Notes under the pieces: model-generated
Databases searched by the model: none
The model's input: the letters and a program-made list of their open reading frames with translations, nothing else
What the model was told of the DNA's origin: nothing
Source: Thraustochytrium aureum
Lineage: Eukaryota
Direction: 5' to 3'
DNA length: 44,793 nucleotides
Assembly (NCBI GenBank): GCA_012862495.1
Contig: BLSG01000377.1
Coordinates: 1-44,793, forward strand
Position numbers and translations under genes: made by a program
Shown here: piece after piece, positions 1-10,800 of the stretch
How the letters are laid out: the number at the start of each line of letters is the position of its first letter
Numbering within the stretch: the first letter of the stretch is position 1

Positions 1-638
1 CTAGCATGCCGCTCGCAAGAGACCGACCCCTTCTTGCCTGCGCTTGCTCGCAGCACCGGGTTGGCCACGGCAAGATTGAGGAGCTCGGGCGCACCTTCGC
101 GACGCGGTCCAAGGCGCTCGCGCGCAGGACGCTCGGCGAGGCGGCTGCCGCGAGGAGCAACCTGTACAGCCTGCGCAAATACCTCGCTCGCGGGCCAGTC
201 CATGTGCTTGTCTTCGCCATTGGTGCGCTCGCATTGTTCACATGGCCGTATGGGTCGTGTTTGCGTGCCATTCGTGCCGCAGCGCAGCACCAGGACGCCG
301 CGGCGTTCACCAACAGATAGCAACGCAACACAACTCGCTTTCACTGCAAACGCTCTTGCCTCCGCTTCGCCTCGCGCTGCTCCCACGCCGCCCAGTTTGC
401 CGAGAGGCACTTGGGGTGCAGGTACACCGAGTTGGGGCCGAAGAGAGGGTGCGCGGTCAGCATCGCCAGCAGTCGATGCGCCTGCCGCACCGAAAGCGCT
501 TTTGAGAATAGCAAAGTGCACCATGATGCCCTCGAGCGAGACCAGCACTGGGTCCGGGACGACCGGCGCCTTCGGCACGGGCTCCATGAGCATATCCGCA
601 GCCTCGCTGACCGCGTGCAGCACGTGGAGGAGCGGCAG
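1..638 (-). CDS. Possible coding segment running off the left edge; may continue the gene to its right
   Basis: The minus frame from 638 is open to position 1 (LPLLHVLHAVSEAADMLMEPVPKAPVVPDPVLVSLEGIMVHFAILKSAFG...). It has no stop so it is absent from the ORF track. No recognisable motif. Confidence 0.3.
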   Translation of the reverse strand, partial: MPLLHVLHAVSEAADMLMEPVPKAPVVPDPVLVSLEGIMVHFAILKSAFGAAGASTAGDADRAPSLRPQLGVPAPQVPLGKLGGVGAARGEAEARAFAVKASCVALLSVGERRGVLVLRCGTNGTQTRPIRPCEQCERTNGEDKHMDWPASEVFAQAVQVAPRGSRLAERPARERLGPRREGAPELLNLAVANPVLRASAGKKGSVSCERHA

Positions 639-1208
639 NNNNNNNNNNNNNNNNNNNNNNNNNNNNNNNNNNNNNNNNNNNNNNNNNNNNNNNNNNNNNN
701 NNNNNNNNNNNNNNNNNNNNNNNNNNNNNNNNNNNNNNNNNNNNNNNNNNNNNNNNNNNNNNNNNNNNNNNNNNNNNNNNNNNNNNNNNNNNNNNNNNNN
801 NNNNNNNNNNNNNNNNNNNNNNNNNNNNNNNNNNNNNNNNNNNNNNNNNNNNNNNNNNNNNNNNNNNNNNNNNNNNNNNNNNNNNNNNNNNNNNNNNNNN
901 NNNNNNNNNNNNNNNNNNNNNNNNNNNNNNNNNNNNNNNNNNNNNNNNNNNNNNNNNNNNNNNNNNNNNNNNNNNNNNNNNNNNNNNNNNNNNNNNNNNN
1001 NNNNNNNNNNNNNNNNNNNNNNNNNNNNNNNNNNNNNNNNNNNNNNNNNNNNNNNNNNNNNNNNNNNNNNNNNNNNNNNNNNNNNNNNNNNNNNNNNNNN
1101 NNNNNNNNNNNNNNNNNNNNNNNNNNNNNNNNNNNNNNNNNNNNNNNNNNNNNNNNNNNNNNNNNNNNNNNNNNNNNNNNNNNNNNNNNNNNNNNNNNNN
1201 NNNNNNNN

Positions 1209-1477
1209 ACCGCCGGCTCGGGGCGCTCCTCGAGCGCGGCTCCTCGTCCACTGCACCAGCGTTTTCCGAAACGCACTGGCCCTTGTCCATGGCTTTGCGA
1301 AGACGGTAGTAGCGCCGGCAGAGCACGGCGTCGCTCGCGCCGTTGAAGAGCGCCTCGAGCTCGGTTCCGCGCGTTTTGGTGCGCTCGGCGGCCCACGCGA
1401 TGTGTGGCCATTCGCCCTCGCGCAAGACTATTGCGTACTCTGCTCGCATGGCCTCTGCAAAGCGCTGCAGGAGCTCC
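1209..1477 (-). CDS. Putative second exon of the recombinase-like gene, Myb/SANT-like helix-turn-helix
   Basis: Reads ELLQRFAEAMRAEYAIVLREGEWPHIAW...ALFNGASDAVLCRRYYRLRK and joins in frame to KRQRLPLTYMQT after a GT..AG intron at 1536-1478. Ends in the gap at 639-1208. Confidence 0.45.
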
Positions 1478-1536
1478 CTTTGCGCCATCTCCACGCTCGC
1501 ACGCTCGCACTCGGCTCTCGCGTCTGACTTGCTCAC
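1478..1536 (-). other. Putative 59-nt spliceosomal intron
   Basis: Minus strand reads CAAAC|GTGAGC...GGCGCAAAG|GGAGCTC. Removing it eliminates the TGA at 1533-1535 and gives the in-frame junction MQT-ELLQRF. Confidence 0.45.
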
Positions 1537-4500
1537 GTTTGCATGTACGTCAAGGGCAACCTCTGCCGTTTCGTTTTCCTCGTCGCGTCGCCTGCGCTGG
1601 TTTCCCCACCACGTTCGGCAAACGGTCTTGACAGCTCCTCCGCGTCTGGAAACGCAAGAAAAAGTTTGGCAATGCTTCGCTTCATCGCGCAGGCTGCTTC
1701 ATCTCCTTCCTTGCGTTTGGCGTCAAGTGCGCCCTTCTTTTGGCATGCGCTGCCAGATCTGGTGGTTGTTGCTGGCTCGCCCTCGCCTTCGCCGCTAGCC
1801 CCTGCCCCGTCACTCCTGCTACGGGGGCTCTCCTCGGCAGAGACCGTCGACTCTGCTTGAACACTGCTTGGGCCCGAGTCGTCTTCGCTGCCCAGCTCTC
1901 CTTTCCCAAAATCTCCGTCGTCGTTGTCTTCGTCGTTATCTTCGTCGTACAAGTCCTCGGCCTCGTCCTCGCTGCCGCCGCCGCCGCCGTGTTCTTCATC
2001 ACCAGCACCAGCACCAGCAACACCATCGTCATCCTCGTCTTTGCTAATTTCTTGCTCTTGATCAAGCACGTCAGGCGAAGACCTGGTAGCTTTCCCGTCC
2101 GTGCCTTTCTGGGAGCGCAACAGCAAGTCAAGGATCTGGGCCGTCGTTTCCTGCAGCTTGCAAGCACACCCCTTCAGCTCGCCAACTTGTCCCTTGAGGT
2201 CCGCCATGTCGCTCTTCAGGTCATTCACGTCCTTTTGAAGGTGTTGCAACGGGTGCCCGACAACCGCGCCACCAGAGCTTGTTTTGATCCCAAGCCGGCT
2301 CGCCGCGGCTTCCTCGCCGAGCAGCTCGACGAGGTACGCCTTGCTGGCGTGGTGCATCCGCTCGCACTCGGCCCTTGTAAAGTGCGGGTCGCGCGCTTTC
2401 GCGTTCATCGCATACTTGTTCCTCTCTGTTTTGAGCCGGTGGCCAAACTGCCGCGCGCCGGCTCTGCCCAGCTCATCAAAAAGGCTCACCTGCGCGTCCA
2501 GTGCAGTTCGCATTATGTGAACGATAAGGTGGCGAAAGTCCGAGTATTTCAGATTGGGGAGACCGCACTCGACGTTTAGAAAACCAGATACGGCCTTCCG
2601 AAACGAGCTGGGTGTCATTTGTTTGCCATGGCGCAGGAACAGAAACGCGCGGCTCGTTCGCAGCTGCTCGTCGATCTCCGACCTCAATCGCTTTCCAGCC
2701 TCTCCCGCCGCTGCCAGTTGGCCCAAGTTTGCGTCCTCCCCACCAACCCGACGTCGCTCAAGCTTCAAATTGTCCTCCAGAGTTTGCCCCATGGTCAGCA
2801 GACCGCGCAAGACGCCCTCCACGATGTTGAGAACGATAAGGCCAGCCAACATGCCTGAAAGCGTATGGTCGGCAAAACGGCACAAAAACGTGTCGCTTTG
2901 CACCGAAGGCGACGCCTTGCCAGGCGTTGGAGCGAATGCAAATACGCACTTGGTGAAGAGAAAGAGGGACCGACGTCGGCCTTGCCAGCCAGCAGGCAGG
3001 ATCTGGATGAACTCCGTCGAGCGATCCGAGCCGCCCATCAGAATGTGGCACAATGCCATGATGCCTTCGCAAAGCTCGTCCTTCTGAAGGAGCCAAGTAT
3101 TCACACCGCTCAAGTCCACGCCCTCGATCCAGTTGAGAGCTGGCGTAAAGTCGTGCGCCGTGCTGACGAGGCGAACCGCGCCGTCCGGGAGACCCAATTT
3201 TGAGCTCACCGCGCCCAGCGTCCTCATCACCGCCTCGGCAAACTCGACGTGGTTGTGCGAAACGACGCCATAAAGCGGGTCCGATCTGTTTGGGTCGTCG
3301 ACCGCCAGGCTCTGTAGCAGCTCGCTGGTCCAGTTGCCGTGGCTTTCCTGGCCTGAAACTTCCGCGAGCAGGCTCTCGAATTTGTCGCTGGCATTGAGGA
3401 GGTCATCGCGGAGCTTCATTTTGGACACTCGCTGCCCTGCCACCTGCAGCGAGTCGCCGTCCTCCGATACCTGCGGCATGCGCCGTTCGAGTCGCCCACG
3501 CATCTGCCGTTTGAAGGAGAGCAGCTGGGCGAACGAGAGGAGCTTGCCTTCGGCGGTCGGGTCGGTTCGCAAGTAGCCGATGTGCTCGCTGACCTTGCTC
3601 ACCATGTCGGCCACATTTGAGTCCTCTCCGAGACGGACGAGCTCTCCACAAACAGCCAGTCGGAGCGCGTAGACGAGCCCTGCCAGAACCTTGATTATTG
3701 CCAGGCCAGTGCGCCAGAGTCCACTCGTTTTGTCAACGATCAGGCAAAAGAGCGCATTTGTGAACAGCATATCGTCTCTGCTTGCAACCATGCTGTCACC
3801 GTGCTTTATCAAGGTGATCAGCACCTCGTGGATGGCCTGGACGACGCTCTTCTGGTTGGTCGCGAGCTCTCCCAGCGGTGGGTTTTGGAGAGTGCTACCT
3901 GTCCGGAGGCTGATTCCCCACCTGGCGTATCTCTTTGAGCCGCGTGTTCGTAAAAGTCCGACCTCGTCAGGCTTGTCCTCGACGTCGTCCNNNNNNNNNN
4001 NNNNNNNNNNNNNNNNNNNNNNNNNNNNNNNNNNNNNNNNNNNNNNNNNNNNNNNNNNNNNNNNNNNNNNNNNNNNNNNNNNNNNNNNNNNNNNNCCTCC
4101 TCCTCGACGTCGTCGTCCTCAAGCGCTTCCTCGACATCCTCCTCTTCCTCCTCCAGCGCCTCATCCTCGTCCTCGCTGTCGTGCGCTTGAAGAAGATCGT
4201 CAATCACTCTGTATTTGGTCTGCGCCACCCGAACAGCTTCGCGCGTCAGGCTGCCAAATGCAACTGGCGCGGAGACGTTGAGATTGCTTATCGCCGAGCG
4301 AAGCCGCTCCACCGCACCCTTGACCTCTTGGCCGGCTTCCTTGCTGCAAAGCATGTCTGACGGAAGCTGCAGCAGAACGAGCAAGATTTCCACGACGGCC
4401 GCAGCGTAATGCTCAAAGGACTGGTTGTGCCTCAGGGGCAAGAACGACTTGATGCGGTCTCGTGGTCCCAATTTTCGGCTCGCCGTGTCTTGCAGGAGCA

Positions 4501-5332
4501 TGCTCGGCTCAAGGATTGCGCGCATCACGGAAAACGGCAACGCGCTCGAGGCCCTGCTCGTCTGCAGCATCCACCGGACAGAAGCGAGCATCAGCGTCTG
4601 TTGTGCGCTTCCCGCTAGTTTGCCACCAAGGTGCCGCACAACCCCCACCGGGTCCCTCAGAATCCTCACTTGGCCCACCCCCAGTGCGACCTGCCAGCCC
4701 TGCATCTGGCGGTAGTCCTCGGCAATAACCTCATTCTCCTTGCCGACTGCAAGGCCGACCCCGACCAGCTGGTTGCCCAATTCCAACTCACTTGCTCCAG
4801 GAAAAACGTTTGTCCAAGCCGCGTCGCCGTCTTGCTCGGAGACTCGAAAGAGAGCGTGGTGCAGGTCAATGCGCTGGGATGGAACAGATTCGCTCGCAAC
4901 CCAGCCTGATCCATGAGTGCGCATGTAGTGAGCTCTGGATTGCTCGAGCGTGCGCGCTACATGAGAGCAACGCTCTTTCCGGCAGGCAAAGCCCTCTTCC
5001 ACGCGCAAGCCCTCGAAAGGCTTGTGGACGTACTTGGCTGTTGGCAACGTGGTCTTCTTCCTGCTCATAATAGCCTTGAGCTCCGCTTGCATTTCTGCCT
5101 TCCATCTAGGGACGACCCCTGTGCCTCTATCGCTTGAATGGTAGGTCCCGAGATGCTTGTTCAACGACGCTTGGCCTATGCTAAAGCTCGTTCCGCACTC
5201 CAGGCACACCGGCCTCCCAAGGCGCTTGTTCAGTGCAAACAGCGGAAGGCCCTTGCACAGCACAAGTTCTTTGGTGCTTTCGCCTTCGTCACGCCTGAAT
5301 ACTTTTCCGATCTGGTCGCCGATTGTAGCCAT
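1533..5332 (-). CDS. About 1250-aa protein: DUF3505/OrsD-like zinc fingers, tyrosine-recombinase-like domain, coiled coil and acidic tract; possible mobile-element gene
   Basis: ORFs 3818..5332 and 1533..3824 are one gene: the lower frame is open up to the gap (3991-4095) and both gap edges encode the same D/E-rich tract. Motifs: CLEC..HLGTYH; PFEGLRVEEGFAC..C..HYMRTH; LIVDKTSGLWRT..LAGLVYALRL; HILMGGSDRSTE; DFRHLIVHIMR; QFGHRLKTERNKY. Confidence 0.7.
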
Positions 5333-7889
5333 CCTGCCTTTGCCAGTTCCTTATCCCTGAATAGGCAAGCTCGCAGTGTCGGTGTCCGATGCCCTGCTTT
5401 GGTGCGCGGCGCTCGTGCTCGCTCTTGCCACGCAGCTCGCCCGTAGCTCGCGCCCTTTGCTGTGCCGAGCCCTCCTGCTCCTTGCTGCGCTGCTGCAGCC
5501 AACCACGGGCTTGCGAAACAACAGTGCCTGCCCTTGCCTGCGCACACCGTGCCGCGCACGGCCACCACGTCGCGAGGCAAACACTCGTGAGAGAGCTGGT
5601 AGGCCTTGAACAACTGACGGGCGTGGGCCCGCGCAAACAGGGCTCGCGTCCTGGCACTGTCGAGGACCAGCGCCCTGCGATAGGTAGAGCAAGTCGTGAA
5701 CGTTCACAAGTAGGGAAAAAAAAACACTCCAGAGCCGTCACACGTGGGAAGCCCAAGTACTTCCGAATGACAAATCATTACAGATCGGCCTACGGAACAC
5801 AGAGCAGGCCTACTACAGGCCTGCGTCCCCTTCCCGGGGCAACGACTCGCGCTGGCGGGTGCAGCTCCGGCTTGTGGGCTTCCTTCTGTCAGAGATACAC
5901 GCGCGGTAATAGCACACAGGCTTGCCTTGGACAGCCAAGCGTCCCGTCTCGCTGTCGTAAGGCTACTTACTCTGCCAACTTCGCCCGCGATGGTCTTGGC
6001 ATGGTCTTGGCCAGCATCCTGGAGCTCGTTTGGCGCGCATCGTCCCGCCTCTGGTGAACGCTCAGCACCTTGCAGACGACTGGGTCATCCGTCGTTCGTA
6101 TGAGGTGCGTGAGCTCGGCGATGCAGACTCCGTTCGCGCGCCTCTTGGCGTCCCCGTTGGCCCCTACCTCGCCCTTGTCGCGCCTGCACGCTATTCTGGC
6201 CAACCACGAAGGGAGCCAAAGCGGTGTGCTCTCCAGCGACGGCAGCGCGAGAACTCGGGCAACTCGACCTTTTGTTGTTTTCCGTGTGGCCTATTCTTCT
6301 TCGCTCAAGAGGAGCTTGAACGCGTGCGTGGGTCCTGCCTCTTCGAAGCGTCTGACTTGACGACGAGCACTTTCGTGCGAGCGCTGCCGCCACGTCGCGC
6401 TTGCCGCGTTCGGTCGTGCCAGACTTCTTGAGGTCGTTTGTGAAAGGCCGAGTTGCGCCAGCCGCGACGATCCCCCAGGACAGACTCCGCGAGCAACAAT
6501 CTCGCAATCATCTTGCGCACGACACACGCAACCAACCTTTCCAACGCCTCGGGGCCTCGTACTCCTCTAACTCGACAGTGACTCTCTCTGGAGCTAGCTG
6601 AAGAGATCACAGCCGTGAACGAAGGGTCGCTCTCCGCTTGGTCGACGGCGTCTCCGCAGTAGCTGATACCCTGAACGACCACCAACGCCTGCGCTGCGCT
6701 TCAGCCGGGCGACGGACCGGGCCGTGGACGCGTCAAGTGTCGCAGTTGAACTCGCACGAGCCCCTTCTTGAGTGAGCACATACTTGCACGCCACCTAGCT
6801 CACCGCCATCGCCACTTCCAGCCCAATCACAGCCTGTCGCTGTCNNNNNNNNNNNNNNNNNNNNNNNNNNNNNNNNNNNNNNNNNNNNNNNNNNNNNNNN
6901 NNNNNNNNNNNNNNNNNNNNNNNNNNNNNNNNNNNNNNNNNNNNNNNNNNNNNNNNNNNNNNNNNNNNNNNNNNNNNNNNNNNNNNNNNNNNNNNNNNNN
7001 NNGGCCAGCGCCTGCCTTTCTGGCGCTGCTCTCCGGGTCCGCTTCGTGTTGCGCTGGAGGGCAACTTGTTCACTGGGAGAGATCCGGTAGATCCGGTAAA
7101 CGTTTCTCTCGCGAGCCGAGCTGTCGAACGGCAGGCAACTTGTCGAAAGGCCGCACCTCTGACGTGAAGGCCACTTGGCCGAGCTGCGTATCCGATTGTC
7201 CACACCACGCAGCGAGGAGAAGTGCGGCAGCGCGCCGTATTTGTGAAAGGGACACTTGGAGAACCCCCACCCCTCCTTTCGTTGCCGGATTGCCACCTGC
7301 AGGCTACAGCCTGCTCGAGCGCTACACCAACAATCGGCATGCTCGTGCCGCCGCAGCCGCTGCTACCGCAAGCCGCCGGGGTGCGAGGGAGGCTGCCAGT
7401 CAAGCGCTCGAGAATTACTCGAGTACAACTCCGGCGAGGAGGATTCCAGCAGAGTTCGATCGACAGATTTATGGGGAGTTCCAGCAGAGACACAACAAAA
7501 CATCGCTGGGCATTGCTGGTCGCCGCACGGCGATTCTTTCACCGCAATTGTGTTGAAAATGGCCTCCAGAGGCACCCCGCCCCCCCGCCCCCCAATAGGT
7601 CCGGTCGTCTCGAGCCGGCGTCGAGCAATCGCGAGATGAGCGCGAGCGCCTCGCGCTGCCTGACCTACTGACTGATCGAAGGCGGCCGCCGTGAGCGGCA
7701 GGCGACGACGGCCAGGAGGCCCGCTCTAGCGCACAAATACGCGGCTGGATCAAACCTTTGCACTGTCTCGCCAACAAGCGCGCTGCCGCGCTGCAAGAAA
7801 GAACACCGAGACACGCTCGAGGTCAACGGAGTCGAGCAAGCGGCCGCGGCGGCCCGTGGGCTCCTGGAAGCGCGCTTTCTACTGGCAGC

Positions 7890-10800
7890 ATGAGCGCGCA
7901 TAGTTTGAACCTCAGCCATGGCTCGAGCCAGCGAGTGCTGGGCCGATCGGAGACGGAGAACAACATGCAAGACTATGTCATTGAGGAAGAATTCGGATAT
8001 GACGAGGACGACGTGGACGAACAAGACGAGGGGACCGCGGATAAAGCTGAAGCGAGCAAAACCTCCAACGAGCGTCCAATGCCAATCTCACGAAAGCTCA
8101 GCTCTGTTTGCCTCGAGGTGGAGACAAAGGCCAGCGAGAGCGACGATGAAGGAGCTTTCGTTGGCGAAAAGCGGTTCAAGTCAGCCGCAAACTTCTTTCC
8201 TCGGCCGCCAGAGCACATTCCGGGTCGCTCGCGACGGAGGTCGTCTGCTGCTCGTGTCGCTCTCGAGGAGCCTTGCTCAAGGCGCATTCGAACCGAGCGC
8301 GGGGCAGAGGAGGTTACCGATGGAGATACCAAGCAAGAGTCTGATGTGCTCGTGCGGTTCCGCGCACTTGCCGGCGACAGTCTCGGTGAGTCAAGTCTGG
8401 CCTGGGCGTTTTTGAAGGGTCTCGAGGACAGTGACAGGCTGCAGGTTGTTCGCCTGCTCCACGAAGACTTGACTCGCGCTCGCAAGATCGCGCGCCTCTT
8501 CCGCGAGTTTACGCGCCGTGGCTCCATGGAGGCAATCCGAGCGTTTGTCAACGAAGCGGCCGCACTGCTGCCTTCTGGGCGGATTCGCCTGCTGGAGGTC
8601 AACACCGACCTGGGCCGTGCTCGCTGCATTCTGGCAGGCAACATGATGAGTGACATCTGCATCGCCTCGCACTGCCTTTCTACGCGGCAGACTGTGGTCC
8701 TCAACGACCTGGATGTGTCGTTGCCGTATATTGACGAAAAGCTCGAGAACGCCCAGTCCGTGGTCTCGATTCCGCTCGCCCCAATCGGCCAGCCTCAGTT
8801 TCGGCACTTGGGCTTTGTGCTTCAATTCCTGGACAGGCTCAGCATCTCTGGCCCGAACGCTGGCGAGAGCAAGGCGGAGGGGTTTTCAAAGAGCGATGTT
8901 GACATGGCCGAGCACATGGCAGGCATCGTTGAGCGCCTCGTGGCCAACATGTACCAGCGCCGCCTTGCCAAAGTCCAGCGCGCCGAACTCCGGCACCATG
9001 CCGCCGCGGCAAAGGCGGTCTCTGCCGAGGTGGATGGGCCCAATTCCGTCTCCAATCTGGTCAAGCTCATCGTGCAATTCGTGCCTTGCTACTCTGTGAC
9101 ACTCTACTTCGCGGACCGCTCGAAACAAGAATTGTACAGTGTATTCTCAACTCGACCAACGCCAGGGACCGCGGCGGGGTCAAGGATCAAGTACGGCAGC
9201 GGGATTGTTGGCTTTGTGGCGGAGACGCGCAAGCTGCTCAACGTCTACGACGCCTATTCTGATCCTCGGTTTGAACCGGCTCTGGAGATGGGAGCGGCAG
9301 TGAGAACCCGGTCAATGCTGGTTGTTCCTGTCATGCTCGAGTCCGAGCTGATGGGCGTGGTCCAACTCATCAACAAGTTTGCAACAGACCCAGCAGATCC
9401 TCACCTCGACCCGCTTCCGGACGAATTGCACGAAGGCCGCGCTCGGCGTTGCACGGCCTCTGGCGTGAAGGGCCGCACGAACCTGGCAAGCACGCGCCGT
9501 TCCACGTCGGATGGATCGCTGAGGCGTGGGTCAGGAAGCTCGGCAAGACGTCTGTCCGTGTCGAGGTTCGAAGAAGCGACGAGCGGGATGGACGGCGCTG
9601 TGGCCAGTCGTCTGACACCCAGCAGCAGCGCATCATCTTTCACATCGGCTGGTAAAGTCGCTGCGGCGTCTTCGGACCCGCCGTTCAAGCCCTTCGACTC
9701 GTTTGACTCGATGGGAGCAAGCTTAAAGCGGCTGAAAGCTTCCTTGGTACGCAGTCCAAGCGCCTCTGACGAGATGGTTAGCCCTGCCGGGGGCTCTTTC
9801 CGTGTCCGTTCTGCCACGAAGCCGGTGATCAAGCCGAGTGCGTCCCTCAGGTCGATATGCTTGGAAGAAAACTCCAACGCGTTTCGCAAAAGCAATGCGA
9901 ACGCGTTCGGCAGCCTGGCGGCCCAAGGCGACAACGAGTCTAGTGGGGAAGCGCGCAAGTACCAGAGCATGCGCGGCCTTGTCGCTGGACAGCCGCAGCG
10001 CCAAGCGGCGTTGCGGATGGGGAAAAGTGCGCTGAGGCTCAATGCTAGCAAAGAGTTGCAGAGGATTACGACCTTCTCGGCGAGCAACGAGCGGGTGTGC
10101 GACCTCGTCGCAGCTCGTGTGGCTCAGTGCATACGCTTGCGGCTCGTCAACTACCAATACGACAAGGCCATTGCGGACAGTGAGGGTTCTTCGGACGTAC
10201 TCCGATCCCTGCTATCCGAGCAAGGACAGATCCCGGCACGAGCAAAAGCAAAGTCATGCGAAAGAATCACCGGCCACAAGTCGTCAATCCTCGCCATCGG
10301 CAAGTTCCTCAAAGTTCTCAAGACCTACCGCGCTACGATTCCAAGCCCGAGTGCGTCACCAGGAGCCACAGTCAGCGAGTCTGCCCCCGGAGAGTCTGCG
10401 CCTGGGCAGGACCCCAACACGGAGCGGATTGATGTCGCCAAGGTAGAAGAGCTCATGCACGGGCACGCGCTTCCCGTGCGCGACCTCTTTGTTCAACTCG
10501 CTTCGCTTCACGAGGCCAGCTCGAGCGAGCAGATCGAGCTGCACAGCAACTTTGCCAAGTTCCACTTTGATGTGTTTGAGGCAACACGTCCACAGCTGGC
10601 CGTGGGCGTGTGCCAGGCTTTCTCGCGGCTTGGTTTGGTTTGCAAGTTTCGCGTTCCCGACGCAGTGCTGGTCAACTTTGTGGACAAGGTGCGGGAAAAG
10701 TACCTAGACAACCCATATCACAACTGGGACCACGCGGTCTCGGTATTCCAGACCGCTTATGCGATCCTGCTCAATACGGAGGCAGCCAGCTTGCTACACT

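Noticed and set aside
5340..7880. Search for element termini or extra genes upstream of the recombinase, including the palindrome GTGAACGTTCAC at 5696-5707
   Set aside because: Only short Arg/Ala-rich ORFs without motifs. No terminal repeat can be defined from a single copy, and a 12-bp palindrome can occur by chance.
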